DNA of 64,000 bases from Raillietiella orientalis (lineage: Eukaryota), in the NCBI GenBank assembly GCA_036172245.1, contig JAYWIR010000015.1, positions 2,728,001-2,792,000 of the forward strand, written 5' to 3'. Both the position numbers and the translations under genes were made by a program. Positions within the stretch are counted from its first letter, which is position 1, and every line of letters begins with the position of its first letter. Shown here one piece after another: positions 38,201 through 49,690 of this stretch. The notes under the pieces are model-generated. The model saw nothing but the letters and a program-made list of their open reading frames with translations, was not told the origin of the DNA and searched no databases.

Positions 38201-41200
38201 GGGACGAGCGCGCGCCTCCGTGGCTCTGGAAAAAAAGAGGAGGGGAGAGGGAACCATTGACGACCCAAGGAACCGCTTGGATGCGAGAACTGCCTGAGAC
38301 TGTGAAGGGAGCCCTTCCTCGACCAGCACGCGTGCTCCGGGAGGGTGTCAGCGGCCACAGGGACGTGACCGATGATTTCAACGAGCATTTCCCCCCCCCC
38401 TCTCCTCCGGGAAGGGAGAGTGAGAGCGAAGGGATGAAATGAACCCGGAAGCGCCACCTCGGTGGTCTGTCCGAGGGAGTCCTGGAGAGCGCCTGTCCAT
38501 CCCTAGGTGCCCCTCTGGAGGAACCAACACAGAGTGCACTGACGAACGTCATGCTGCTGCCCCTCCTCTGCATCCGCCTCGAAGAGGAGGGGAGTCTGCG
38601 ATGTCAGGAAGGTCGAGATCGCAAGGGGAAGTCGGAGTCCCTTTCGTTCTGCTCGGCACAAGCTCAGGTTCCCTCTTGGTTGGCTGGGATTCCCAGGAAA
38701 GGATCACCAGTATTCTAAGTGAACGTCAGGCATGATGGGGGATGGGGTCTTCCCGAAGGAGGTCCGTCCGTGCGTCCGTGTCACGTGAGTCCTCTACCCT
38801 TTGCTTCTCGGCCTTTTGGCTAAGATCAAAGTGTAGTCCTGAGTTGGTTGTTAGGTTGAAAGATCAGGAGATGTTAAAGCCCTGTTAAAGCAAATATGTA
38901 AACTGTAATAATATTTTCTGAATAAAAAATCTCTTCCCAGGGTCTCCCTGATCCGCCTTCAACGGGGCGTGAATTTCCGTTGAAACGGAAAGAGGAAGGC
39001 GAGGAAATCGGCGCGTTTCCTGGACGGACCGTCCCGGAGGCGGTAGCATTGCAGATAGGGCTGAGGGGGAGGGAAGAGCATCCTCGGAAGTGCCTCGGAG
39101 GTCGCATGCATTTTGGGGATTCTCAGAGGCCTCCCCTCCCCGCCCTCTACTCTTTCTGCAGAACGAGCAGCCCGAATGATTTCGATTTTCAACACGCCTC
39201 GAAGAGAGTAGCATGCATCCCTTGGAGGAAATTCCGACATAGGGGTGAAAAGGAGGAGAGCAGAAGTCCCCCCTCCTAGCCCACTCTTTATCCTTCTCTC
39301 TCACGGTCCCTCCCCCCTATTTTCGTGTGCATTCGAAAGCAGCGTTCTCAGACCGCCGCGCAAAGGGGGGAGAAGATGGGAAGCGATACCCCCATCTTAG
39401 GGGGTGTCTCGATTCCTGGAAGAAGTATCCCTCGCAAGCGTTTCCCACCCTCGAGGAAGACCGGAAGCCGGGAGAGGATGGTGGTGACCCGAAGCTCTGG
39501 GGGTCACCTTGGCGGTTCAGAAAGGACCGGACGCACGTGTCCGCACCCTGCGAAGGAGAACGCCAGGTCCTGGCGCGCCTTCGCGCTGCCGCCACCGGGA
39601 GGCACGCGGGAAGAGATGGGACCAGTGCGTGGAAGGGAGACGAGAGAGATCAGCTTTGGAGATTCCCTGCAAGAGACTCTCCCCTTGCTAGCACCTCCCT
39701 CCCTCCACTCCTTGCCCCTATCTCGACAGACAGCCGCGGAGCGGCTCTTCCCCTACGTGTGACCACCTGCCTTCCCTGCGGCAAGCGGTCTCTTTGCTCT
39801 GACTCACCCCTACGTTGCCTCCCTGGAAGGACGAAGTGACCCACGGCCCGCGTCACCTCCTTTGCAGTGCCGCAGGAGATGCAGGGGCGAGCCAAGGGGC
39901 ATCACCTTCCGGGCGTCGAGAGCACCTCTAGCGGAAGAATAAGGATCAGGCGTTCCCCCTTAAGCGGATCCCCAGGTCAACGAGTCACCCTCCCTCCCGT
40001 CCGCTGTGAGTTACCTGTGGCAGTCCTATGATCCTCAAGCTTGTTCTTATCCAGAATCCTTCCGGGGGTGGGAGAAAGAAGCGAGCCCTCATTCCTCTCG
40101 CTCTCCAGTTTGAGGGTGGGTGCATTCATCGTGCTTGGAGTCTTCCCAAGTACCGTACGGGAAGCACCGCACCATTTTCGAGAAGGAAGTCACGGCCTCC
40201 CTTGGTCGACGAATTTTTTCCCTACGCACGTGCCACAACCCGCGACCCGCGACTGGCGACGGCCTTGGCCCCCGCAGACCGGCCGCCTCGTGACTCCCGC
40301 ATGCACATGGGCGTGGATGGTGAGCTCCAAGGATTTCCATCGCCCTGTAGCCGCTCTTCTTCCCTTCCCACCAGAACCAGCAGCTTCCTCGTGAGGGAGA
40401 GAGGCTGGGCAGGGATCGAGGAGGCGACAGTCGCTCGCTCCCATCCACTTAGTGGACGACGATGAGGAGCAGTCGTGGACAGGGGTTTTGCGCTCGAGAG
40501 GCGTCGTTCTTGCCTTCTGCCTCTCCCTCCACACCCCCGAAACGCTGCTGGGATTTTTCTCCATATCGCCCGCCATCGTGCGGGCACCTCGCAGCGCTGA
40601 CTTTGATCGTGGCCTGCTGGAGTCTTCTGTGCCCATGGCGCTTGCTGTCACGCGCCACTCGCCCCCACCAGGGAGCTCCGTCAACACAGGAGGAGGGCGA
40701 CACCGTTTCTGGCTCTCTGGACAGTCGCCTCGAGGTTCCTCCGGCGACCGTCGCTCCTGCCTCCCCTCTCCATCCCTTTCCTGGATCTCAATGTGGCGGA
40801 TGCCGGGCTCCTCCTCTCGTCGGCGAACCCGACCGGCACCCGAATGTTCAGCAGCTCCTTCCCTTTTCCCATACCCCACCCCTCTTCCTTTTTTCCTAGG
40901 GTTGCTCCCCAGTTTCTCCTCCTCTCCCTCGTCGGCGTTCGCTTCCTCGGGTTCTCCCTCGGGATCAGAGCGGAACGTTCCGGTTTGACCGGAGAGGTCA
41001 GTTTCATCCCCCCACATCTTCTCCTATGGTCCAGGTGGCAGGGACTCGATAATCTGCGTGGGTGTTCTCATGGTTGTCTCTTAGGGCTCTCTGACCTACA
41101 AGACAGCTCCAGCAGACGGAGGTCAAAGCCACACCCAAAGTAGGCTGCTAAAGCAGGAACCAACCTAAAAATGGAGGCTCCCCTCCTTGAAGAGAAAAAA

Positions 41201-44200
41201 AAAAAAAAACTTCGTTCCTTCTTACTCGCCCTTTCTCATCTCTTTCCCTTCTCCCGTTCAGATTTTACCTGACGCAAGAATTTCGGGAGAGCGACCAGGA
41301 GAGACGGAAACTGGGGGGGAAGAATTCAGGGAGGTGAGATCAGGTTCGAGCACCCCTGCTTCTGAAGCGAGGGTGAGGGTCGTGAAAGAGAAGCGCCAGG
41401 AGGCTGCTCTTTGTATCTCTGGAACGGTGACTCCGCACTCGGACACAGGTGCTGCCCCCACTCACGGAGAGAGCGGAGAGAAAAAACGCGTCCCCGGGAG
41501 GAGGTGCAGGTGCCGTCCTCGATCATTCCTCTTCCTGCGAAGTCGCTCTTCCGGTCTATACCCGGAACATGTTTGAGGTGCGTCCGCCCACCCGGAAGCG
41601 ACTCTCAGGGCCACACCGCTTGTGCCACGGGACGCTGGGCAGACAGACGACAACTCCCTCCGGGGAAGCACACAAGTCAGTTCCTCTTTTGCAATCCGCC
41701 TGAAGGGATCTCCCAGAGGATCTCCGCGAGCTGGAGGGGGGGTCATTCCCGAGAGAACTACGAGGATCATTCGAAGGAGCTGGGGCCTCCTCCCGGAGAG
41801 CGGTCCCGTCTCCTGGCCCGTCTGCAGAGCAGAGCTGGAAAAGGAAGCGCTTGCGGTGGCAGCCCTGGGACCTACTTCTCCCGACAATCCACTCTTCCCC
41901 TGCTTCTGAACAGGCATGAAGGCTCTGGACGGGAAAGAAAATCGCCCACGCGCGCCCCTGATCCAGTTCACCCGAGTAGGCGCCTTCCTGTCACGAGGCG
42001 AAGAGCTCCGCGATCCCCCTTCGCCACGTCTGGACTGGAATGCGTCGCTCATCCTTTGCGAACCCGCGGCGGGATCCAAACTCCTTCCGGAAGAGGAGAG
42101 AACGTCCTCCCTACCGTTCATTGGGAAGAAGGGAGGGATTCCTTGCCACGGGATTCAACGTGCCCTCGCAGCGCGCGAACCCCGCTGGGCTACCGGGAAT
42201 CCACCCGCTTCCCTGATTCCCTCGATGGGCGACTCCTCCTTGTAGCCCCCTCGCCCCGGAGGCTGCTTTTCTCCGGCTCTTTCCATACCTGCTTTCCGGG
42301 GACGGGAGATTCTTCTGTAATTCCCCCCTCTCCTCCAATTCTCTCTGAGGTAGACCCAGTGCGAACCTCCTCAGAGGGCGCTCTGGGCCAACCTCCTGTC
42401 GGAGGCGTTCACGTCCTCTCCCGTCCGGCGGAAGACGCGCCATACCTGACGAGGTGACGCTCACGAATTTGCCCTCCCCCTCCTCTGTCGAGCCTCGGGA
42501 AGGGAGGCGAGATAGGAGGATCTGAACAGCAAGGCAGGGAAGCCTCGTGACCAAGAACTCGCCTCGGGTTCCGGTGAGACGAGAATTGGTCTGCGGCGAG
42601 TAGGACTCCCTCTAGAACGCGCATTGTCTCAGGGAGTCAGTTGGGAAGGGGAATGGAGGTCAGCATGCATTTCCTCCTTCTCTCCTCTTCTTCCCCTCTT
42701 TTTCTGTCTGCCCGTCGCCCTTGACCTATCTCACCGCCTCCAGCTGATGTCCTTCGCATGCCGCCGCTCCTGCCGGCACGCAGCAGGAAGAGTTCCCCCC
42801 GTCCTTGCGGATGCTCCTTCGTCCAGTTCTTGTCATCGTTCGCCTTCGAAGGAGGTTCCCACGCGTGGCCCTTCCCGGATCTTTCCTGCATCTTTATCTC
42901 GGCAGTATCTTTCGGGTGCGCTCGCGTCGGTTACCGTAGCGACCACTAGGAGGCACAAAGGAAGCGGAGAGGACGTCCTCATTCCCACCGCTCCTCTCTT
43001 TCCTCCCAGATTCTCCGGTACCTCCTTTCGACGCTATCCCTACCATTCCCAAAGTCCGAGGGCACGGCCAGGGACAAGCTGACCTCAGATCGTCTCTTCC
43101 AAAGAATCTCTCCGGGTTCCTTCCTGAGGAGGATCCTGCAGTATCCGCCCCCTCAAGAGGTGGAAACAGTCCGATGCACGGGGGGACTCCGCGCGGGGTT
43201 CGTGGGTGGGACTGCTAGGGACCACCGGAAGGAAACGCTGGATCTCTCCCCTTCCACTAGCGCAGAATTCTTCCTGGAGCGTTAGGGTACAGAGAGAGGG
43301 AGGAGGAAAGAAGGTTGGTGCTCCAAGGAGAGGTGGCTAGCGCGAGGCTCGCCATCCCCTCCTTGTCTGTGGGGAAAGTCGGGAAGGGTCCGGGTTGCGT
43401 CTCTCCCTCCTTTCCTCTGGTCCTGGCAGGTCGAGAGTGAATCCGAAGAACCCAGAGCCCATTGCATCCCAGAGAGACTCCTCTTCTTCGCCGTTCCTGT
43501 TTCCCCATAAACTCCTCTCCTCTCACCCCCCTTTTTTCCTCCTCCCCCTCGTCGGTGAGGGAAGAGGGGAAAGGCCTATCGCTCCTTTGTTCCGGCCGCG
43601 CAGCGGCTTCCGAACGGCGGCGTACTGTCGGAAGGGGTCAATCGGCGGCGGCCGGGAGACTTTAACGGCTTTGTTTTTCGGCGTACCCTCGCCTCCTCCT
43701 GAGAGAAGGGAGGAAGGAGGGGGTTTCCTTGGGAACTGTCTCATTAGCACTCACCGGCACCGAAAGCGGCGATCCTGGTAGCCGCACGAGGAAGCGGCGG
43801 CGACGCTGACGGACGCGTCTGCTACCCCACGCAGGGCCTGCGGATTGAGCGAGAGGGAGGCGATTGGGGGAGGGGAAGGACTGCCGCCTCCCCCTCTCTT
43901 CCCCTCCCCCTCCTCTTGGTAAGATGCGAGCGCGCCGGACGCCCCCGTACGAATGGATCCGGGCGACGCGGCACGTCCCTTGCCGGTCGCCAACCTCCTC
44001 CTACAGGAGGGAAGAAAATCCTCTGCGACAGATGCTTGAGGGCTCTCCTGAAGAAGGGGATGCGGAGGCTGCGGAACACGTGGGGAGAGGGGAGCTGCGA
44101 GGGCACCGGGAGCAGGAGGGAGAGGGGGCCGCAAGATAAACAAATACGATGGAAAGTGGAGAGGCGTCCGCGGCATCGGAGGCAGCCGAGCACGGGGCAG

Positions 44201-47200
44201 GGAACGGCAGCGTCCCGCCCGCTCGGCCTCTGTGCGGCTTCTCGCGAAGGGAACGGATCCCGTCCGGAATCACCCGATTTCGAACGATCCCAGAGTCCGA
44301 AGAAGGGAGAAGGAGACGCATCTCCCGTTCGTTTCCCACTCGGGGGGTTTCCCGATCCAACAAAGGGGGTCCGGAAGCATCCTGAACCTGGAGACGCGGT
44401 TGCGAGAGACGGCACGGAAGCTGGGTCTTCCTTGGAGATCCTGAGGGGAAATGAGATCCAGATTCGCGGCATCGAACGGAGGTCAGGGAACGACCTTGAT
44501 CGCTCCCTGACTTTCCCTGGTCCTTCGAGAGGGGGTGTGGTGGATTTTGTGAGTGGCAGCTCAGCCTCCTGGGAACCTCATTCCCTTGTGGGATACCAGA
44601 AACCCCTGCATCCCGTCCCAGCTGGAGTCGGAGGCACCTCTCTTCCAGGGTGCTCCTGCTCCCGTGCCCTGCGTAACGAGGGATCGAGAAGAGCTCCCGG
44701 AAATTGAGCGTTTCTCCCTTCCCGCGGCGGCTGCAGCCTCAGAAGGACCCCGAGGTACAGCGGGAGGCGCTGTGGTGGCATCGCTCTTGAATGGCTCGGG
44801 GATGGGCGCACCTCTTCCCGCAGACCCCCTGCTTCCCGTTTTCAGAAAGGGGTCCGGAAAAGTTTCCTCCTCCTTGTCCTCCCTTTCCTTCCCCTTCCAA
44901 GATCCTCTCGGATCCTCCAGGAGAGAACACCGATGGATAAACTGCCAAAGAAGGGACCGCTCTTCTGTGCCCCTTCCCAGATCCAGGAGACCCCGGGAGG
45001 TGGTCGGTCTTCTGTAGACAGCAAAGAAGAGCTTTCTGAGGCAAGTCCCTTTCTTCCCTTAGCCTGCATGATCCGTGAGGAAGACATACACGACTTCACG
45101 TCGGCTCCCTTGGGAACAAGGAAGGAGACGCTTCTGGGAGGCCCTTCAAAGTCTTCCCTCCCCCAGGCTGAGACCCGAACGTAAGGACGCAGCAACTGTG
45201 ATAGAACGCGAGATGATCTTATCCTGGAAGACCGAGAACCTTCCTCGTTCTCGTGGGAAGAAAGGGAAGGAAGGGGGGGACCTCAAAGTTGAACGGAAAG
45301 GACCGCCAATTGTCCTCGGGAACACCCGCGGCAAAGTGGCGAGGTCGTTCTCCTTCGTCTTCCCGTGGCTACGAAAGGGAGTCTATTGGGAAGAAGAGCT
45401 GACGCGCGCTCTTGGAGGTCGGTCCCCTCCAGATTCATGGGGAGCCTCCTCTCCTTTCCTGGATTCGGGATGCACCGGCGCAGTCCCGCTCCGAGGACAA
45501 GGAATGCGGGGAGAGAGGGAAGGGCTTTCCGTTTCCGGAAGTGGGAGGAAGCGATAATCTAGGAGGCAATTCCTTCCCGTACGAAAGAGTGTACGTGTTT
45601 TTTTTTTTTCGCTTGTTCCCGACCGCTCCTTCTCCCAGGAGGACGGAACAAGCGGCAGCCAAAGCTTTTATTGGATCCCGGAACGTTTCCCTATCGCACC
45701 CCATCCGCGTCGTCGTCCGGGAAGACGTCTGGAGCCGTCCACGCTGTGCCATGGATCTGAGACTCCCCGAAGGCTTCCCCCTAAGCCGCGAAGCTCCCGG
45801 AGGAGGGGCCGAGCTGCCGTCAGTGGGATGAGTCGTAGTAGGAGAGAGTCATGGCCTCCGGGAAGGGGCCCACGGACAGAGGGTCCCCGGAGACAAAGCC
45901 CTTGCGTTCCATCAGACTCGCTTCGGACATCCGGAGGGCTGGAATGGAGCGGGATTAGTGCCTCGCCCCTGGGAAGAGAAGTACGGGGTTCCCATCTCTC
46001 CCGGGTAGCTGGGGAAACGACAGGGCTGCACTCTCTCCTTCTTTCCTGGACGACTTCAAGGGACAGTCCCTGGACAGTCTCGCTAGGCGGATGTGCGAAT
46101 TCTGGGTTCCCGGGGGTGAGTACGGTGAGGGCATCCCGATGAGTCGCACCTCCTCCTTCTCTCCTTCTAGAAACCTTCTCTAAGGCCACACACTCCTCCT
46201 GTGGGGGACTCGCCCCCTTTACAGTTCCTCTTCCTCTCCCTTCCCTCATTTCCATTAACTTCCCGGTAATTTCCGGATCTCGTCCCTTCTCTTTCTCTGC
46301 TCTCCTCAGTGGCGAGCTCTTCCGGCTAGTCCGGAGAAGCTCGCAGGACTTGGACGCCACGGAAAGGACGGGGAGGGAAGAGGACGAAGGAGCACCCTTG
46401 CCAAAAATACGGCATTGGGAACGCGGACCCTAAGCGTTTCGAGGTGGCTACCCTTCAACGATTCCCCCTGATCCTGCCCCACCTGCCGAGGAACCTACCC
46501 GGGGACCCTATCCCTGAGAGCGAGCGCGAGACGAATTCCTTTGCCCCAGACCCCAACCCTCTCCGACTTTTCCCCTCACCCATCCTTTCCTCTCGAACAA
46601 GAGTACGCCTTCCACCGCGGTTTCCTGGATCAACGCTTTCAGGATGGGGAAGCGCAGCCCTCTGCTGATCACCCTCCAAGGCACTTTGGTGAGATCCCCC
46701 TTATCCCGGACTCCTCCCCTCTTCGTGTTTCAGCTGAACGTCGGGTAGTAGCTTCAGAAACTGCCCGTCCGTCCACCTCCAGGGATCCCTTGAAAGGGCG
46801 GGTAGGAACACAGTTGGGACGAAGTAGGAAGTTTTCCTTTCCTGCAGGGAGAGGGAAACATCCGTTCTCCCTACCCCCACACCACTACTTCCCGTTTCTT
46901 TTCGAGCTGGCAGCGGAAGGCACAGGGCGTCCTCCCCTACTTCTCCTACTCGTCCCGTCGGATTCCTGAAGTCGCCAGACCTCTTGCTCCCTCTCCTTTT
47001 TCCCGGGCGTCACCAGAACATCCCTCTACCCTCGCACCACTCTCCCCTTTTCCTTTTGGTCGATGCCCTTCGTGGCGCTGTTCCAGTCACGTTTCCAGCA
47101 GAAGAAGGGAGCACGGGAAGGTCCGGGAGGGAGAGACAGTCAGGCTGATATCCTCTCGATCTCGCCCTTCTTGTCTTGAGCGCCCCGCCCCCTCCCAGCT

Positions 47201-47706
47201 CCTCTACCAAGATGCCAACGAAAGGGAGGAGGCTCACCTCCTCCCCATCTTTCCTGGTTATCTCCGGGAGATCTCCCGCTGACGGCGCTTCCCCCCCGAG
47301 GAAGGAACCTTCTCTTTCCCTACACAAGGAAGTCCACTCGCCCTCTGAGGAACGGGAGAGTCCCAAAGCTGGTGAAGGACGGCGGGCAGGGGGAGACGGA
47401 AGGAAGAGAAGCGAGTCGCTGTGCTCTCCCCTGGAGAGCCTCGGACGTTTTTCTGATTGTCTGGTAAAAGGCAGCCGGGAAAGGGAGGAGAGGCAAACGC
47501 ACAGGCATCGTCCCTCTGGCGTCTTCTGGAGAAAAAAGGGGGGAGGGGAAGGGAAGCACATACCCCTTTCCCATCCCCGGGCACTGTCTTTGGCATCAGC
47601 TGCGCTCGTGCAGGCCCTCTCTCCTCCTTCCCCCTCCCTCCCGTCCCGTCTGCTTTGGAAGGCGCGCGAGGCCGCGGTTTTGGATCCGGGAAGCGCTGAT
47701 TCCTAC

Positions 47707-49279
47707 CTGCTAGTGCGGGGTCAATTCCTCCCGGATCCATCTGGTCCATGTCCTGAAGACCCGGTCCGTACTGGAACGGGCCGTGCTCGGGGAAGGGCGC
47801 GAACGGGGACGGCACCACCTGCTGGCGCTGGGCGGTGGTCCTGTAGTAGGCGGCGACCCCTCCTCCTCCTCCAGGGTAGCCTCCTCCTGCCCCTCCTCCT
47901 CCTCCTCCGCCACCTCCACCGCCGGCCCAGGAGCACTGTGGTGCCGGAGGGGGGTAGCTGATGTCTCTCCCGGGGAAGGAGGGCGCCGCCGCCGCCGCCG
48001 CCGCCATGAGATGGGGCAGGATGGCACCGCCGACTCCGAAGGCGTTGTAGGCTGGGGGCGAGGCCGTGCCCGTGGAGGTGGGAGAGGACGAAGACACGGA
48101 ACCGTACTCGGGGCAGGGAAGGGAACCCAAGCCATCTGGAGGGGGAGGGTAAGGCGGGTAGGGGCACTGGTATGCTCCTGTGGCGGTGCAGGGTCCCGCC
48201 TGGAGGTGGGGGTGTGGGTGGGGCACTCCTCCGTGAAGCAGCATCCCGGCATGACCATACTCCAGCTGCGGGGCCGGATGGTGCTGGGGGCCGTAGCTGC
48301 CTCCGGTGGCGCTTCCTCCCCCGCCTCCTCCTCCTCCTCCTCCTCCTCCTCCGGCCGCACCGCCGCCGCCTGAAGGTGGGTCGCCGCCGTAGGGGCCGCT
48401 GGCAAGCATGGCCGCGTAGGGCTTCATGGTCTGCACCCTCCTGCGGAAGCCCCGAGGGCGCCTCTTGTAGCTGCCCTCCTCAAACATGCTCTCGGAGGCG
48501 GGGTCGATGGTCCAGTAGTGACCCTTGCCCGGTCGGCCGAGGTTCTTCGGCAGCTTGATGAAGCACTCGTTGAGGCTGAGGTTGTGGCGCACCGAGTTCT
48601 TCCAGCCCTGGTACTCGCCGCGGAAGAAGGCGTGGTTCTGCTGCAGGAACTGGTAGATCTCGCTCAGGGTCAGCCGCTTGCCCGGGGCGTTCTGGATCGC
48701 CATGGCGATGAGGGCGATGTAGGAGAACGGGGGCTTTTCCTGCCGGCGCGTCCCGTAGCCTTTCCTGCACCCCTTCTCCGGGCCGGGGCCGGCTTCGAAG
48801 CGCTCCTGGGTGCTGCTGCTGGGCACGCAGTCCGACGAGGAGCAGCAGGAAGAAGAGGACGAGGAGGAAGAGGAGGAGGACGAGGAGGAGGAAGAGGACG
48901 ACGACGACGAGGAGGACGAGGAGGGAGGGAGGAGAGGGACCATGGACGCTCCTGGACGTAACGCCCCTCCCACTCCCCTTGCTCCTGGTGCCGCTGAGGT
49001 GGAGGGGGGCAAGTGGCTCCGGGGGACGACTGCGGCCGGAGCGGGAGGGGCAGCCGGGGGGGGAGGGGCGGGAGGGGGAGGAGGTGGGGCGTGGGCGGAC
49101 TCCTCAGGGGCAGAGGCGGTCATCACCACCATGCCACCGCTGCCGCTGCGGAAGGCTTCCGCGCGCAGGACCCCCCCGTTCACTCGGTGCGCCAGGGGGG
49201 GACTGCGGCGGAACGCGTCGCCCGCAGCTGTTTCCACCTTCAGCCGCGCACCGCAGCGGACGTCGCGCTCCTGCGTCAT
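47707..49279 (-). CDS. FoxF: Forkhead box transcription factor, FoxF subfamily (biniou-like); main coding exon, with the C-terminus probably on a downstream exon (unspliced ORF would run to 47258)
   Basis: The forkhead domain at ~48436-48748 reads [118 protein letters not shown] and RRPRGFRR are FoxF-diagnostic. The first in-frame ATG is 49279 (MTQE..). A phase-1 donor CAG|GTAGGA at 47707/47706 sits where the Pro/Gly/Tyr-rich coding character ends. Confidence 0.92.
48848..48922 (-). repeat. Poly-serine coding tract (~25 Ser) in the FoxF N-terminus
   Basis: (gga/aga/cga)n on the plus strand is TCC/TCT/TCG codons on the minus strand. Confidence 0.9.
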
Positions 49280-49639
49280 GCCGGCCCGCACTGGGACGCG
49301 CCGAGGCGGGCGGGCGTCAGGTGAGGAAGGAGGAGCGCGCGCGCGCCGTTACCACCGCCCTCCCTCCTCTTACTCTTCCTCCCCCCCCTCCCCCCTCTGC
49401 CTCCTTCTCTTCCCGCTCCGTCGCTGCCGGCCTCTCCCGGAGGTGGGGGAGGAAGAGGAACGAGAGGCGGGAGAAGGAAGGGGGAGGAAGCGAACCCCCA
49501 GCAGCACTCTTCCCCTCCCCTGCCCTGCACTCCTCCTCCCCGCGTCCCGCTCGCCGGAAGGGAGAGAGCCTCTGCCGGGAGCGCCTGCGCATCCCGACGA
49601 GGCGCCCTCGCGAGAGCCGGCGACGCATCAGCCCGATCC

Positions 49640-49690
49640 CTCCTCCCGCGATGACGTCAATCGCGTTCCGCTCTTTCCATTGGCCCGCTC
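49640..49690 (-). promoter_or_regulatory. Probable FoxF proximal promoter elements (CRE + CCAAT)
   Basis: Palindromic TGACGTCA at 49652-49659 and minus-strand CCAAT at 49679-49683, ~370-400 bp upstream of the ATG in CpG-dense sequence. Confidence 0.45.

Noticed and set aside
37783..42245. Possible decayed retroelement peptides (DVTDDFNEHF near 38380; IIRRSWGLL near 41770)
   Set aside because: Faint resemblance only; no RT/endonuclease motifs or correct spacing visible.
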